A stretch of DNA of 62,904 nucleotides from Acidobacteriota bacterium (GCA_030278895.1 JARXKK010000004.1:1-62904); one strand, 5' to 3'; numbered from the stretch's first letter, positions 20,560 to 30,332 are shown. The notes: generated by a model from the letters alone, not told the origin. Numbers and translations are program-made.

Positions 20560-21810
20560 ATGCTGAAGCCCGTCGAGCTGGAAATCGAGCTCTTCTGCCT
20601 CGGGATGCGCATCGACGAGTCCTGCCACGTGGACGAGGACGGCCGCCGCATCTCGCGCACGCGCGCCGGCCTCGGCTCCGGCCTCGAGCTGCTGCTGCCG
20701 TCTCCCCGAAAGAAGATCTGGATCAACGTCCCGGTCGTCGAGCCCTTCGCGGCGCGATCGCCGTTCCTCCTCGTCAAGAGCGCGGCCGCCTACGCGGTCA
20801 CGGACACGCGCACGGGCGATCACTATCCCGTCGAGGTGCCGCCCGAACCAGAGTGGTACTCGTGGAAGACGAAGACCGGCGCGGAGATGAGCCGCATCGG
20901 CGTCCTGCAGGGCACGTACCTCGGGATCTACGTCTCGAACGCGTGCCTCTACTGGAATCTGCCCGCCTCCCCGGCCTGCGCGTTCTGCACGACGGGCCGC
21001 AACGTGGGTGAAGCCGAGGAATCCCGCAAAAAGGTCTCGGACGTCGTCGAGGTCGCGAAGGCCGCGCGCGACCACTCCGGCTCGATCTTCACGCACCTGA
21101 ACACGGGCTATCACTTCGAGGACATCGACAAGCACGAGTCGCTCCACGGCCTCCGGCAGTGCGAGCCTTTCGTGAAGGCGATTCGCGCCGAGGTCGGCGG
21201 ATTCATCGGCGTCCAGGCCGTGCCCGTCCCACGCCGCAAGTTCCAGGAGTACGACGACCTCATCGCGGCGGGAACGGACCACTTCTCCTTCTGCTACGAG
21301 TTCGAGGATGCCGAGACGTTCGCGCGGCTGTGTCCCGGGAAAGCGCAGACGGTGGGCCAGCACGCGTTCTTCGAGGCGATGGAGTACACCGCGGGCAGGC
21401 TCGGCGCCGGGAAGGTCTCGGGCGAGATCATCGCGGGGCCCGAGCCGATCGACGCGACGAAGCGCGCGATCGACCGCATCGTGAACGCGGGCGCGTTCCC
21501 GACGGTATGCATCTTCCGGCCGACACTCGGGAGCGCGATGGAGCACATCGACCCGCCGAAGCCGGACGAGATGAAGGAAGTCTTCGCGTACCTCTGGCGG
21601 GCGGTCACGCGCGTGGGCCTGCCCGTCGGGATACTGCCGGGCATCCAGGTCTCGCTCGTCGTGCAACCCGAGGAGGCCGCCGAGCTCGTGCCCGAGACGC
21701 TCGGATCGCGCCTCTACGAGACGAAGCTCGCCGCGCTGCGCGCGCTCGCGAGACCGTACGTCGCGTGGAAGCGCCGGCCCAAAAGACCCGTCCGTGAGGT
21801 AACGGCATGA
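20560..21810 (+). CDS. radical-SAM-like Fe-S enzyme with a non-canonical Cys motif (CX10CX2C)
   Basis: GIYVSNACLYWNLPASPACAFCTTGRNVG is the only Cys triad, and there is no CX3CX2C. From memory this resembles the MSMEG_0568-type radical SAM family. ATG 20560; 4-nt ATGA overlap with the globin gene. Confidence 0.45.
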   Translation: MLKPVELEIELFCLGMRIDESCHVDEDGRRISRTRAGLGSGLELLLPSPRKKIWINVPVVEPFAARSPFLLVKSAAAYAVTDTRTGDHYPVEVPPEPEWYSWKTKTGAEMSRIGVLQGTYLGIYVSNACLYWNLPASPACAFCTTGRNVGEAEESRKKVSDVVEVAKAARDHSGSIFTHLNTGYHFEDIDKHESLHGLRQCEPFVKAIRAEVGGFIGVQAVPVPRRKFQEYDDLIAAGTDHFSFCYEFEDAETFARLCPGKAQTVGQHAFFEAMEYTAGRLGAGKVSGEIIAGPEPIDATKRAIDRIVNAGAFPTVCIFRPTLGSAMEHIDPPKPDEMKEVFAYLWRAVTRVGLPVGILPGIQVSLVVQPEEAAELVPETLGSRLYETKLAALRALARPYVAWKRRPKRPVREVTA

Positions 21811-22223
21811 CCAGACAGCAGATCGCCCTCGTCCGAAAGAGCTTCGATCGCCTTCGCCCGTTGCCGAAGGGCGCGGGGCAGGATTTTTACGAGACGCTGT
21901 TCGCCCTGGATCCGTCGCTCCGCCCGCTGTTCTCCACGGACGTGGAGAACCAGGGAGCGATGTTCGTGGTGGCGCTGGGCCTCGCGCTGAAGGGCCTGGA
22001 TTCCGATGCCGACGTGGACTCGTCGCTCATGGAGCTCGGGCGCCGGCACGTGCTCTACGGGGCCAAGGACGTCCACTTCGACACGTTTCGCGAGGCGCTC
22101 CTCTGCATGTTTGCCCAGCGTCTCGGTGCGGATTTCACTCCCGAGACGGCGGAAGCCTGGCGCGCCGCCTTCGACCGCATCAGCGCCGTGATGAAAAAAG
22201 CGGCGTCCGAGACGCGCGGCTAG
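21807..22223 (+). CDS. single-domain globin (bacterial haemoglobin / sensor-globin-like)
   Basis: 138 aa with [16 protein letters not shown] (B/C helices) and [15 protein letters not shown] (proximal His region), collinear with Vitreoscilla-type globins. Confidence 0.75.
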   Translation: MTRQQIALVRKSFDRLRPLPKGAGQDFYETLFALDPSLRPLFSTDVENQGAMFVVALGLALKGLDSDADVDSSLMELGRRHVLYGAKDVHFDTFREALLCMFAQRLGADFTPETAEAWRAAFDRISAVMKKAASETRG

Positions 22224-24343
22224 TCGTCTCCCGCCCCACCTTCCAGCCCGTACTTCTCGATGCGCGAGTACAGCTGGGCCCGCGTGAGGCCGAGCAGCTT
22301 CGCGGCCTTGCTCTTGTTGAAGCGGGTTTTCCGCAGCGCTTCCTTCACGTAGTCGCGCTCGAGTGACTCGAGGTCCACGCCTTCGGGCGGCAGGAACGGA
22401 TTCGCCGCGGTGGCGGCGCCGGTTCCGGCACGCGGGGCGGCGCGCGCCGCGGGCGAATCCTGACGCGTGACACCGATCGGGAGATGGGCAGCCGTGATGA
22501 GGCCGCCATCCGAAAGGATGGCGGCGCGTTCGAGCGCGTTCCGGAGCTCGCGGACGTTGCCGGGCCACGGATACGCGAGAAGGAGGTCCTTCGCCTCGCG
22601 GGAAACTCCCGGCACGGACCGGCCGACCGCCGGGCCGAGCTCGGCGAGAAACATTTCGGTGAGGGGCAGGATGTCCTCGGGGCGCTCGCGCAGGGGCGGG
22701 AGGTGGATTCCGAAAACCGAGAGGCGGTAGAAAAGGTCCTCCCGGAACTCGCCCTTCTCGATGGCGCGGGCGAGGTCGCGATTCGTGGCCGCCACGATGC
22801 GCGCGTCGGTCTTGAGCACCTTCGTTCCGCCCAGCCGCTGAAACTCGCGCTCTTCCAGAACCCTGAGGAGCTTCGCCTGCACGGCCGGGCTCATCTCGCC
22901 CGTTTCGTCCAGGAAGAGCGTGCCTCCGGCGGCCTGCTCGATGCGGCCGGGCTTCGCGGCCGTCGCGCCCGTGAAGGCGCCCTTCTCGTATCCGAACAGC
23001 TCGGATTCGAGGAGCTGATCGGGCAGGGCCGCGCAATTGAGCGCGATGAACGCTCCCGCCGCCCGTGCCGAGCTCCGGTGAATGGCCCGCGCGACGACTT
23101 CTTTCCCGGTGCCCGATTCGCCCGTGAGGAGAACGGTCGTCTCCGTGGGAGCCACCTTCGCGGCCTGGACGAGAACGTCGCGCCAGCTCTTCGAGGTTCC
23201 GACGATTCGCCCGAAGCCGCCCCTGAGGGCGAGCTCCTCGGAGAGGGCCGCCACGCGCTTCTCGAGCTTCTCGGCCTCCGCCCGCGCCTCGCCGGCGCGG
23301 CGCGCCTCGCCTGCGAGGCGCTCGTGGGAGAGGGCGAGCGCGATCTGGTCGGCAACGTGCTGGGCGAGGGGAATGTCGCCCTCGCCATACGTTGCGGGCG
23401 TGCGCGAAAAGAAAAGGAGCCCGCCCGCGAACTGCCACTGGCCCTCGAAGAAGATCGGAACCCGGAGGAGCGAGCGGATCCCGTCCCCCGAGAGGTGTCG
23501 GCACTTGTCGGAGTCCGGATCGATCTCCTTGGCGACGTCGCGGACGATTTCGGTGGCCCAGTCGTCTCCTCGCGCGCGCTCGGCCGGCGAGAGCCGGATC
23601 GGCTCCCGGATCTCGGGAAACCCGGTGCCGGAAACGGCGTACACGCGCACGGCGTCGCGGCCCTCGTTGAGGAGCCCGAGGGCCATCCGGTCGTGCGGAA
23701 TGACGGGCTGCACGATTTCCGAGATCGCGTCGAAGACCTCGCGCACGTCGAGGGCGCGCGCGAGAACCGGGGAGAGCGCCTGGAGCGCCTCGTAGCGCCG
23801 GCGCCGGTCCTTTTCCTCGGCCGCGAGACGTGCGTGCGCCACGGCCATCGCGACGACGTCCGCAATCGGGTTCAGGAGGGCGAGGTCTTCGCCCCGGAAG
23901 GCGCGCGCCCCGCGGCTCAGGAGGGAGAGGTAGCCGATCGTCCCCGGGCCGGCATGGAGAGGCGCACGCAGCATCGCGCGGACACCGGAGCCCTCGAGCT
24001 CGCGGTCGCGTGGAAACCCCGCGTCGCACGAGGCGGCGACGTCGTCGATGACGCCGGCCTTCGTGAGCATTTCCCAGAGACCGGGCGAATATTCGGAGCG
24101 GGGCACCATTCGGGCGTAGGCGCGGCGCGTCTCGTCGGTGACTTCCGCGCCCCCGATCGAGTAGAGGGAGAAGCCGTCGCCCGCGTCGGTGAGCGTCACG
24201 GTCATCGCGTCGAACGTGAGGACGCGGCCGGCCGCCGTCGCGATCCGATGGAAGACCTCCGGAAGGTCCAGCGTCTCGCCCGCGACGCGGGCGATCTCGG
24301 ACAGGACCGACACGAGGGCGGGCGGGGCGACGGAAGTGGACAC
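22220..24343 (-). CDS. sigma54-dependent transcriptional activator with N-terminal GAF domains
   Basis: A GAF-rich N-terminal half, then an AAA+ core with [20 protein letters not shown], the GAFTGA loop ([12 protein letters not shown]) and [10 protein letters not shown], and a C-terminal Fis-type HTH ([24 protein letters not shown]). Confidence 0.9.
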   Translation of the reverse strand: MSTSVAPPALVSVLSEIARVAGETLDLPEVFHRIATAAGRVLTFDAMTVTLTDAGDGFSLYSIGGAEVTDETRRAYARMVPRSEYSPGLWEMLTKAGVIDDVAASCDAGFPRDRELEGSGVRAMLRAPLHAGPGTIGYLSLLSRGARAFRGEDLALLNPIADVVAMAVAHARLAAEEKDRRRRYEALQALSPVLARALDVREVFDAISEIVQPVIPHDRMALGLLNEGRDAVRVYAVSGTGFPEIREPIRLSPAERARGDDWATEIVRDVAKEIDPDSDKCRHLSGDGIRSLLRVPIFFEGQWQFAGGLLFFSRTPATYGEGDIPLAQHVADQIALALSHERLAGEARRAGEARAEAEKLEKRVAALSEELALRGGFGRIVGTSKSWRDVLVQAAKVAPTETTVLLTGESGTGKEVVARAIHRSSARAAGAFIALNCAALPDQLLESELFGYEKGAFTGATAAKPGRIEQAAGGTLFLDETGEMSPAVQAKLLRVLEEREFQRLGGTKVLKTDARIVAATNRDLARAIEKGEFREDLFYRLSVFGIHLPPLRERPEDILPLTEMFLAELGPAVGRSVPGVSREAKDLLLAYPWPGNVRELRNALERAAILSDGGLITAAHLPIGVTRQDSPAARAAPRAGTGAATAANPFLPPEGVDLESLERDYVKEALRKTRFNKSKAAKLLGLTRAQLYSRIEKYGLEGGAGDD

Positions 24344-24387
24344 GGGGCCGTCATTCTAGGCCCGCGGCTCGTCTACACTCGGGTGGA

Positions 24388-25824
24388 ATGCCGGTTCCCG
24401 CCACCGCCTCCGCCCTCGCCGCTGGGGTGCTCACCGGCCGCGTGCCCGATGTCGCGCGCGCGATTTCGTGGGCTGAAAGCGGCGACACCCGTTTTCCAGA
24501 GCTCCTCACGCGCATCTTTCCGCGCACGGGGCGCGCCCGCGTCACCGGGCTCACGGGCTCGCCCGGGGCGGGAAAGTCGACGCTCACGGCGGCCCTCGCG
24601 CGCCGCGCCCGTGCGCGGGGCCGGAGGGTCGGAATCGTCGCGGTCGACCCGTCGTCGCCATTCTCGGGCGGCGCGATCCTCGGCGACCGCATCCGGATGC
24701 AGGACCTCTACACGGACCCCGGCGTCCTCATTCGCTCGATGGCGACCCGCGGGCATCTCGGGGGCCTCGCACGAGCTTCGGCCGACGCCGTGGACGTCCT
24801 CGACGCGGCGGGGTTCGATGAAATTCTCGTCGAGACGGTCGGCGTCGGGCAGGACGAGGTGGAGGTCTTCCGCCTTGCCCAGTCGTGCGTCGTCGTCCTC
24901 ACGCCGGGAATGGGCGACGACATCCAGGCCATCAAGGCGGGTCTCATGGAGGTCGCCGACCTCTTCGTCGTGAACAAGGCGGACCGCGACGGCGCCGACC
25001 GCGTCGTGCAGGAGATCCTGCAGATGCTCGAGCTCGGAGAGCACGGCGCGTGGGTTCCGCCGATCATCAAGACAGTCGCGACGACGGGCGCGGGTCTCGA
25101 CGAGCTGGAGGCAAAGCTCGAAGAGCACCGGGAATTCCTGCTCGGACCCGAGGGCGGGCGGAGAAAGCGCGAGCGGACGAGGATGCGGATCGAGGGGCTC
25201 GTCAGAGAAGATTTTCTTAGAAGGGTAAAGAGCCTCGGGGGTGACCAGGGCGCGCTCGACGAAGCGGCAAGCCGCGTGGAAGCACGCCAGGAGGATCCGC
25301 TGGCCGCCGCCCGCGGCCTGCTCGGCCGTATCGACCACGGCGCCGCCGGAGCGGCCGAATCCCCCCCTTCACCTTCTAAGAAATCTTCGTCTTTTCCGAA
25401 ACCAGAGAATTCTCTTGTCTCTTGCATCTCCCATCTCGGCATCTCCGTCGCGTCCCTCGAAAAGGGCGGAGCCTTTTGGGATCTCCTCGGCCTCGTCGAG
25501 GAGCACCGCGAGGAGGTCGCGTCGCAGCAGGTCATGGCGTCGTTCCGGGCCGTGGGGGAGTCGCACCTCGAGCTCCTCGAATCCACGTCGCCCGACGGCC
25601 CGATCGCGAAGTCGATCGAAAAGCGCGGGCCCGGGGTCCATCACTTGTGTCTCGAGGTGACGGACGTGCGCGCCGCCCTCGCGCGGCTCAAGGCGGCGGG
25701 AGTCCGGCTCGTGAACGAGGAACCGTTCGACGGCGCGCACGATTGCCTCGTCGCGTTCGTCCACCCGTCCGCGACAGGCGGCATCCTCCTCGAATTGTCG
25801 GAGAAGAAGACGAAAGAGGGCTGA
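24388..25824 (+). CDS. meaB: MeaB/ArgK-type G3E GTPase fused to methylmalonyl-CoA epimerase (VOC/glyoxalase fold)
   Basis: The N-terminal ~310 aa carry LTGSPGAGKSTL, AVDPSSPFSGGAILGDRIRM, ETVGVGQDE and NKADRDG. A low-complexity linker (ESPPSPSKKSSSFPKPENS) follows. Then ISHLGISVASLE...GPGVHHLCLEVTDV...AFVHPSATGGILLELSE (MCE). Confidence 0.8.
   Translation: MPVPATASALAAGVLTGRVPDVARAISWAESGDTRFPELLTRIFPRTGRARVTGLTGSPGAGKSTLTAALARRARARGRRVGIVAVDPSSPFSGGAILGDRIRMQDLYTDPGVLIRSMATRGHLGGLARASADAVDVLDAAGFDEILVETVGVGQDEVEVFRLAQSCVVVLTPGMGDDIQAIKAGLMEVADLFVVNKADRDGADRVVQEILQMLELGEHGAWVPPIIKTVATTGAGLDELEAKLEEHREFLLGPEGGRRKRERTRMRIEGLVREDFLRRVKSLGGDQGALDEAASRVEARQEDPLAAARGLLGRIDHGAAGAAESPPSPSKKSSSFPKPENSLVSCISHLGISVASLEKGGAFWDLLGLVEEHREEVASQQVMASFRAVGESHLELLESTSPDGPIAKSIEKRGPGVHHLCLEVTDVRAALARLKAAGVRLVNEEPFDGAHDCLVAFVHPSATGGILLELSEKKTKEG
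25207..25232 (+). repeat. AT-box copy C
   Basis: GAAGATTTTCTTAGAAGGGTAAAGAG in meaB (R-E-D-F-L-R-R-V-K-S). Confidence 0.85.
25366..25397 (-). repeat. AT-box copy F
   Basis: The plus strand reads CCTTCACCTTCTAAGAAATCTTCGTCTTTTCC and forms the MeaB-epimerase linker (SPSKKSSSFP). Confidence 0.85.
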
Positions 25825-25833
25825 CCGGCCCGG

Positions 25834-25856
25834 TTATGTCGGTGCTATTATGTCGG
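25834..25856 (+). promoter_or_regulatory. direct repeat TTATGTCGG x2 at the start of the vapBC-2 operon (candidate antitoxin operator)
   Basis: TTATGTCGG occurs at 25834-25842 and 25848-25856, 14 bp apart, overlapping the first possible antitoxin start. Confidence 0.3.
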
Positions 25857-26116
25857 CCATGAAAGTTGGCGCATCCATGAAGCGCACGACCGTCATGCTT
25901 CCCGCCGATCTTCGGCGCCGCGCGTTCCGCCGCGCGAAGGAGCAGGGCGTGTCGTTCGGGGTGGTGGTTCGCGATTCGCTGGACGCGGCGCTACCCGCCC
26001 TGGAGGGTGTGACCGGGGACGACTCGCTGTTCGCGGACGGCGCCGTCTGGCTCGGCCGTGTCCCGCGAGCCCTCGCCCGCGAACACGACCGCTTCCTTTA
26101 CGACTCCGAGCCGTGA
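25850..26116 (+). CDS. vapB: ribbon-helix-helix antitoxin (VapB/CopG-like)
   Basis: ...MKRTTVMLPADLRRRAFRRAKEQGVSFGVVVRDSLD is an RHH N-terminus. Start is ambiguous (25850, 25859 or 25877). GTGA overlap with the PIN gene. Confidence 0.65.
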   Translation: MSAMKVGASMKRTTVMLPADLRRRAFRRAKEQGVSFGVVVRDSLDAALPALEGVTGDDSLFADGAVWLGRVPRALAREHDRFLYDSEP

Positions 26117-26544
26117 TCTTCGTCGACACGGGGGCGTTCCTGGCGCGATACGTCGAGGGCGACCAGTACCACCGGGCCGCTGTCCGCGCATGGAAACGGC
26201 TCGAGCGCTCCCCGGGGGCGCTCTTCACGTCCAGCTTCGTCGTGGACGAGACGCTCACGCTTCTCGGGCGGCGGACGACGTATGCGTTCGCGGCCGCGCG
26301 AGCGGATGCGCTCTATGCGTCGCGCGTGCTGACGATTCTCCGGCCGGACGCGGCGGACGAGTCGACCGCGCTCGATTTCTTCCGGAAGTTCGCCGACCAG
26401 AAAGTGAGCTTCACCGATTGCGTGTCGTTCGCGCTCATGCGCCGCCACAAGCTGAAGAGGGCCTTCGCGTTCGACCGCCACTTCGCGGGCGCGGGCTTCG
26501 AGGTCTGGCCGGCTCTTGGTTCCGACTCCCGGTCAGGGCGGTGA
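26113..26544 (+). CDS. vapC: PIN-domain toxin (VapC family)
   Basis: MIFVDTGAFLARYVEGDQYH...VVDETLTLL...SFTDCVSFALM...AFAFDRHF carries the four acidic PIN positions. Confidence 0.8.
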   Translation: MIFVDTGAFLARYVEGDQYHRAAVRAWKRLERSPGALFTSSFVVDETLTLLGRRTTYAFAAARADALYASRVLTILRPDAADESTALDFFRKFADQKVSFTDCVSFALMRRHKLKRAFAFDRHFAGAGFEVWPALGSDSRSGR

Positions 26545-27030
26545 GGCGTCGGGAGCCTCCAGCGCGGCGTATCAACTCAGAGCGCGACACCCTATCGGGA
26601 GTCGCCGGCAACCGCATGGTTCTTTGCACATATCGCTCAGAAAGACATCGCGATGGCGTTTCTACTCGCTCTCTGTTCGAGAGACGTTCTTCCGTGGAAC
26701 CAGCACTTGTTGCGCGCGGCGCTTGAGCGGCGGGAGAAAGAAGAGATGATCGTCGACTGTGCCAGTCTGAGACACAAAGGCCATTTTGTAGAAGTGTTCG
26801 GCGCCCTCGGCGTCTATGCACCTGCACCGATGCCCCAGGCTCGGTTGGGACGTACGTTCTCCATGGCCGCGGCGACTTCGCCGCCAAAGCCAAGAAAAGG
26901 ATCCCGGAAGGCACTGGAAGAAGCGCCACGCACTGTCGCTCCGCGCCCTCCGAGAAGGAGACCGGCCGATGCGAACGTGAGATGGGCTTCCCTCAGCACA
27001 GCGCGACACGGTATATAAAGGAAAAATGCC

Positions 27031-29412
27031 ATGCGATCACGTCTCCTACTCTGCCTAGTCATCTTTTGTCTTGCTTCTCCGGCTTTCGCTGAAGAATACG
27101 TGACAATCCGAAAAGTAACCGCCTCCCATTATGACGCTCTGAACTCATCCGAACTCGCGGCACTAGAGCAACACGGTATCGTGGTGAGAGAAGATTACGG
27201 GCCCTTCGCCTTGGGCACGAGAGCTACCACAACCGACGTCGCGGCGGCCAGCCGGGCTTCGGGGCTCCTCGTCATCAGCGAGCCTTCTTTCAATAAGCTC
27301 TCGGTTGGTGGCGTCGAGATCGATACCCGACCAGGCGCTCCTTCCGTGCCGGGCATAGCCCCGACACTTCGGCTCGCCGATTATCCGGTTGGCGGGGATG
27401 GGCTCTACCTCATTCAGCTCGCAGGACCTCCACGTCCAGCTTGGCTAAGTGAGCTTTCGTCGGCCGGACTCACTACCCTGCGATATGTGGAAACGAACGG
27501 CTACCTCGTGCGAGCCCCCGCGGGCCTTCGTGCGTTGAAGGAGCGGTTGTCATCGGTTGTAAAATTCATCGCGCCGTACGAACCGTTTGAAAAGCTGTCT
27601 CCTGAACTTCGTTCCGTCACGTCAGGTGAGGTGCAGATTTTGGTTGTGTGGGATTCGACCGAAACTCTCGCGTCGGCAGCTTCCAAGGTCCTCGCCCTCG
27701 ACCCGAGCGCTCGGTTAGTACCATCGAGTCGCGAATCATACGCGGTACTCAAGGCGAACCCCTCTCAGTTTGGAGCCCTCGCGGCCGATGCGCACGTGCT
27801 GTCGATGGAGATCCCTCATGAAGGAGGGCCCTCCGATGAGCGTACCGCGCAGATCGCCATCGGGAACATCAGCGGCGATGGCGCCTCGGGAACCGGATAC
27901 ATGGACGCTCTTGAGACCGCGTGCTCTTCGTGCTTCCACGACATGTCGTCGGAGGTGGTCGATGTCGTCGATTCGGGTCTTTACGCTCATCCCGACCTCA
28001 GTGGCGGAGTCCCGGGCCGTCTGACATACGCAAGCGCCTTCATGGGCGTCACAGGTGGTACCGTCGATCAGTACTTTCACGGCACCTTCGTGACCGGTTT
28101 GATCGCGGGCAATCCATTCCAAGCGAACGGCACCCACAATGCGGGAGACGGCGGTTTCGCCTGGGGGCTCGGCGTCGCGCCCACGGTGCACTTCATGAAC
28201 TCGCGGATCTTCGATAATCAGGGGCACTTTGTACGGGCGCCCACGCCAGCAGACGTCGATACGCTTTCGGCAAATGCGTTCAATCACGTCGCGATGGTAC
28301 AGAACAACAGTTGGAATGTCTGCGACACGACATACACGACACTCAGTCGCGCATACGACATTCATGTCCGCGACGCGCTCAATAGTCCAGCTCAATCCCG
28401 CAACCCTTTGAGTATCGTCTTCTCGAGCGGGAACATGGGTAATTGCGACCCGGCTTCGGCACCCGTGACTGCGCCGGCAAACGCCAAGAACGTCATTACG
28501 GTCGGCGCCTCGTCGTTCATGCGACCGGCACTCGTTGGAAATTGCGATACAACCCACGGTGTAAGGGACGTGTCCGACTTTAGCAGGCGTGGTATTGCTG
28601 CGGCCGCCGGGCGGTTCAAACCGGACCTCGTGGCGGCGTCAACGAGTTCGACATCTGCGGTGTCAAGTCCCTACGTTCCCGCCGGTTGCGGTGGTGCAAA
28701 CTTGATCGATGCGAACTACTACGCCGACAACGGCACGAGCTTCAGCGCACCTCTCGTAACAGGCGCGACGGTCTTGCTAAAAAGGCGGATTGGTGGCACG
28801 CCGTCGCCCGCTTTGACGAAGGCTGTCCTGCTGGGGTCGGCGGCGTCGATGAACGGAGGCGTCGACCAGTTCACATTGAACACGTTGGGGTGGGAGCCGG
28901 CAAGTCCGCAGGGATTTGGCCGACTGAACGTCCAGGCGATCGTGAGCGACGCGACCCCGGCGCGGTATGTGGACGAAGACACTTCTCCCGCGCCGATACG
29001 CCGGTTCACCGCTAGTGGTCAATATTACGAGCAGACTCTTAATATCGCCGACGTAAATCTCCCAGTGATCATTGTTCTCGCGTATTCGGATGCGCCGTCG
29101 ATGGAAAACTCTGTTGGGAACGCTGTCAACATCCTGAACATGGCGGTCTATAATGGCTCGGGTTGGAGCTGGAATGACGGAAATACCGGGTCCCAGTTTG
29201 CGCCCCCGTGCATTGGTGGCCTAACAGAGGGCTGCTATCTGCACGATACGGTCAACAACGTGAAATGGATCAAGATCGCACCAAACTCCGTTTACCCGTC
29301 CTTCACCATACAGGTCGTGGCTTCCTCACTCGCCGCGAAGGCGGTACCCGAACTTGACTCCGGCGCGAGCGTCAACCAGGACTGGGCGATGTATGTCTAC
29401 AATGCGTATTAG
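27031..29412 (+). CDS. secreted subtilisin-like serine protease (peptidase S8)
   Basis: Signal peptide MRSRLLLCLVIFCLASPAFA. Catalytic triad contexts are VVDVVDSGL (Asp), HGTFVTGLIAGN (His) and NGTSFSAPLVTGA (Ser). The gene is clearly AT-richer than its flanks. Confidence 0.85.
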   Translation: MRSRLLLCLVIFCLASPAFAEEYVTIRKVTASHYDALNSSELAALEQHGIVVREDYGPFALGTRATTTDVAAASRASGLLVISEPSFNKLSVGGVEIDTRPGAPSVPGIAPTLRLADYPVGGDGLYLIQLAGPPRPAWLSELSSAGLTTLRYVETNGYLVRAPAGLRALKERLSSVVKFIAPYEPFEKLSPELRSVTSGEVQILVVWDSTETLASAASKVLALDPSARLVPSSRESYAVLKANPSQFGALAADAHVLSMEIPHEGGPSDERTAQIAIGNISGDGASGTGYMDALETACSSCFHDMSSEVVDVVDSGLYAHPDLSGGVPGRLTYASAFMGVTGGTVDQYFHGTFVTGLIAGNPFQANGTHNAGDGGFAWGLGVAPTVHFMNSRIFDNQGHFVRAPTPADVDTLSANAFNHVAMVQNNSWNVCDTTYTTLSRAYDIHVRDALNSPAQSRNPLSIVFSSGNMGNCDPASAPVTAPANAKNVITVGASSFMRPALVGNCDTTHGVRDVSDFSRRGIAAAAGRFKPDLVAASTSSTSAVSSPYVPAGCGGANLIDANYYADNGTSFSAPLVTGATVLLKRRIGGTPSPALTKAVLLGSAASMNGGVDQFTLNTLGWEPASPQGFGRLNVQAIVSDATPARYVDEDTSPAPIRRFTASGQYYEQTLNIADVNLPVIIVLAYSDAPSMENSVGNAVNILNMAVYNGSGWSWNDGNTGSQFAPPCIGGLTEGCYLHDTVNNVKWIKIAPNSVYPSFTIQVVASSLAAKAVPELDSGASVNQDWAMYVYNAY

Positions 29413-30271
29413 CGTCTGCGTGTTCTTTGTTCTCTTTGCGGGAAGGGTTCTCGCTCGAGAAGTTGTCGTCCCCAATGTCGCAGCTCACAGCATCGGAATC
29501 GGCGGGGTGCTGTGGGGAACGGAACTGCGAGTCACGAACCTCACGGGAGCCGCCCACACCCTGACGGTAAAGGACTGGATCGGAACGCCGGGATGGGCGC
29601 CGTCGACGGTGATCGTGCCGCCTTTCGCGACGGTATCGGTCGGCGGATGGAGCGTATTCAACTTCAACCCCAACGTTGATTCGGTAGTCGAGGATCACCC
29701 GGAGCCGGTCTTCGGCGCGGCGGTACTGGACGTTGATGACGGGCTAACCGTTCAATCAGGGATACTTGCTGGCCCGAATCCTCCGATTATTCCGGGCGGT
29801 CCCGGAGGTGGACTCCGTTGCCCGGGATGGCTCGGGGGATACGTCTATCGGCTCAACACGGACGGCAACTGCAACCAGGGGAGCGGCCCGATCGCCGACG
29901 TCGTGGACGGTTTCTTTGCCGCCACTGATCAGGTCGATCTGCTCTGGCTCTCGACGGACGACGCCCGACGGACGAACATCACATTCATCAACCCGGACGT
30001 GACAGGGGCTACGATGTCCGTGCATCTCGTCAGCGCGAACGGCGTCGTGGCGCAGGACGTCAGTGTATTCGTACCTGCGCGCGGAATCGCACAGCTGACT
30101 GATGTGTTTCGGAACTCGGGAGCGCCTATAAAGGCTGCGAACGACACCATGGGGGCGAGCGCAGCGCGCGCCCGCGTCTCGTCGTTAACGCGATTCTTCG
30201 CGTTGGGATACGTCATCAGCAACGGCAACAACACGGTGGGGATCAGCCTGCCTCGCCGTGCGTCGCCGTGA
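29402..30271 (+). CDS. secreted hypothetical protein, partner of the S8 protease
   Basis: MRISVCVFFVLFAGRVLA signal peptide. Overlaps the protease stop by 11 nt. Its N-terminal beta-rich domain resembles that of the 56528-57898 protein. Confidence 0.55.
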   Translation: MRISVCVFFVLFAGRVLAREVVVPNVAAHSIGIGGVLWGTELRVTNLTGAAHTLTVKDWIGTPGWAPSTVIVPPFATVSVGGWSVFNFNPNVDSVVEDHPEPVFGAAVLDVDDGLTVQSGILAGPNPPIIPGGPGGGLRCPGWLGGYVYRLNTDGNCNQGSGPIADVVDGFFAATDQVDLLWLSTDDARRTNITFINPDVTGATMSVHLVSANGVVAQDVSVFVPARGIAQLTDVFRNSGAPIKAANDTMGASAARARVSSLTRFFALGYVISNGNNTVGISLPRRASP

Positions 30272-30332
30272 GGAGACTCGAGCGGCCTCCTTCGCGGGAT
30301 GGACCGACGGTATTTAGCAGAACGCGTAGGGA

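Noticed and set aside
20315-20560. A sigma54 promoter upstream of the small ORF / radical-SAM / globin operon (TGGCGCGTATGGCAAAGC).
   Set aside because: GG and GC dinucleotides are present but not at the canonical -24/-12 spacing, and there is no TTGC-like -12 element.
26545-27030. ORFs of 115-164 aa in the spacer left of the S8 protease (26653-27018(+), 26662-27009(-), 26435-26929(-)), and a possible tRNA or att site.
   Set aside because: The translations have no recognisable motifs and overlap one another. I saw no cloverleaf-like sequence and no convincing direct repeat shared with the right border (only ACGGTAT, 7 nt).
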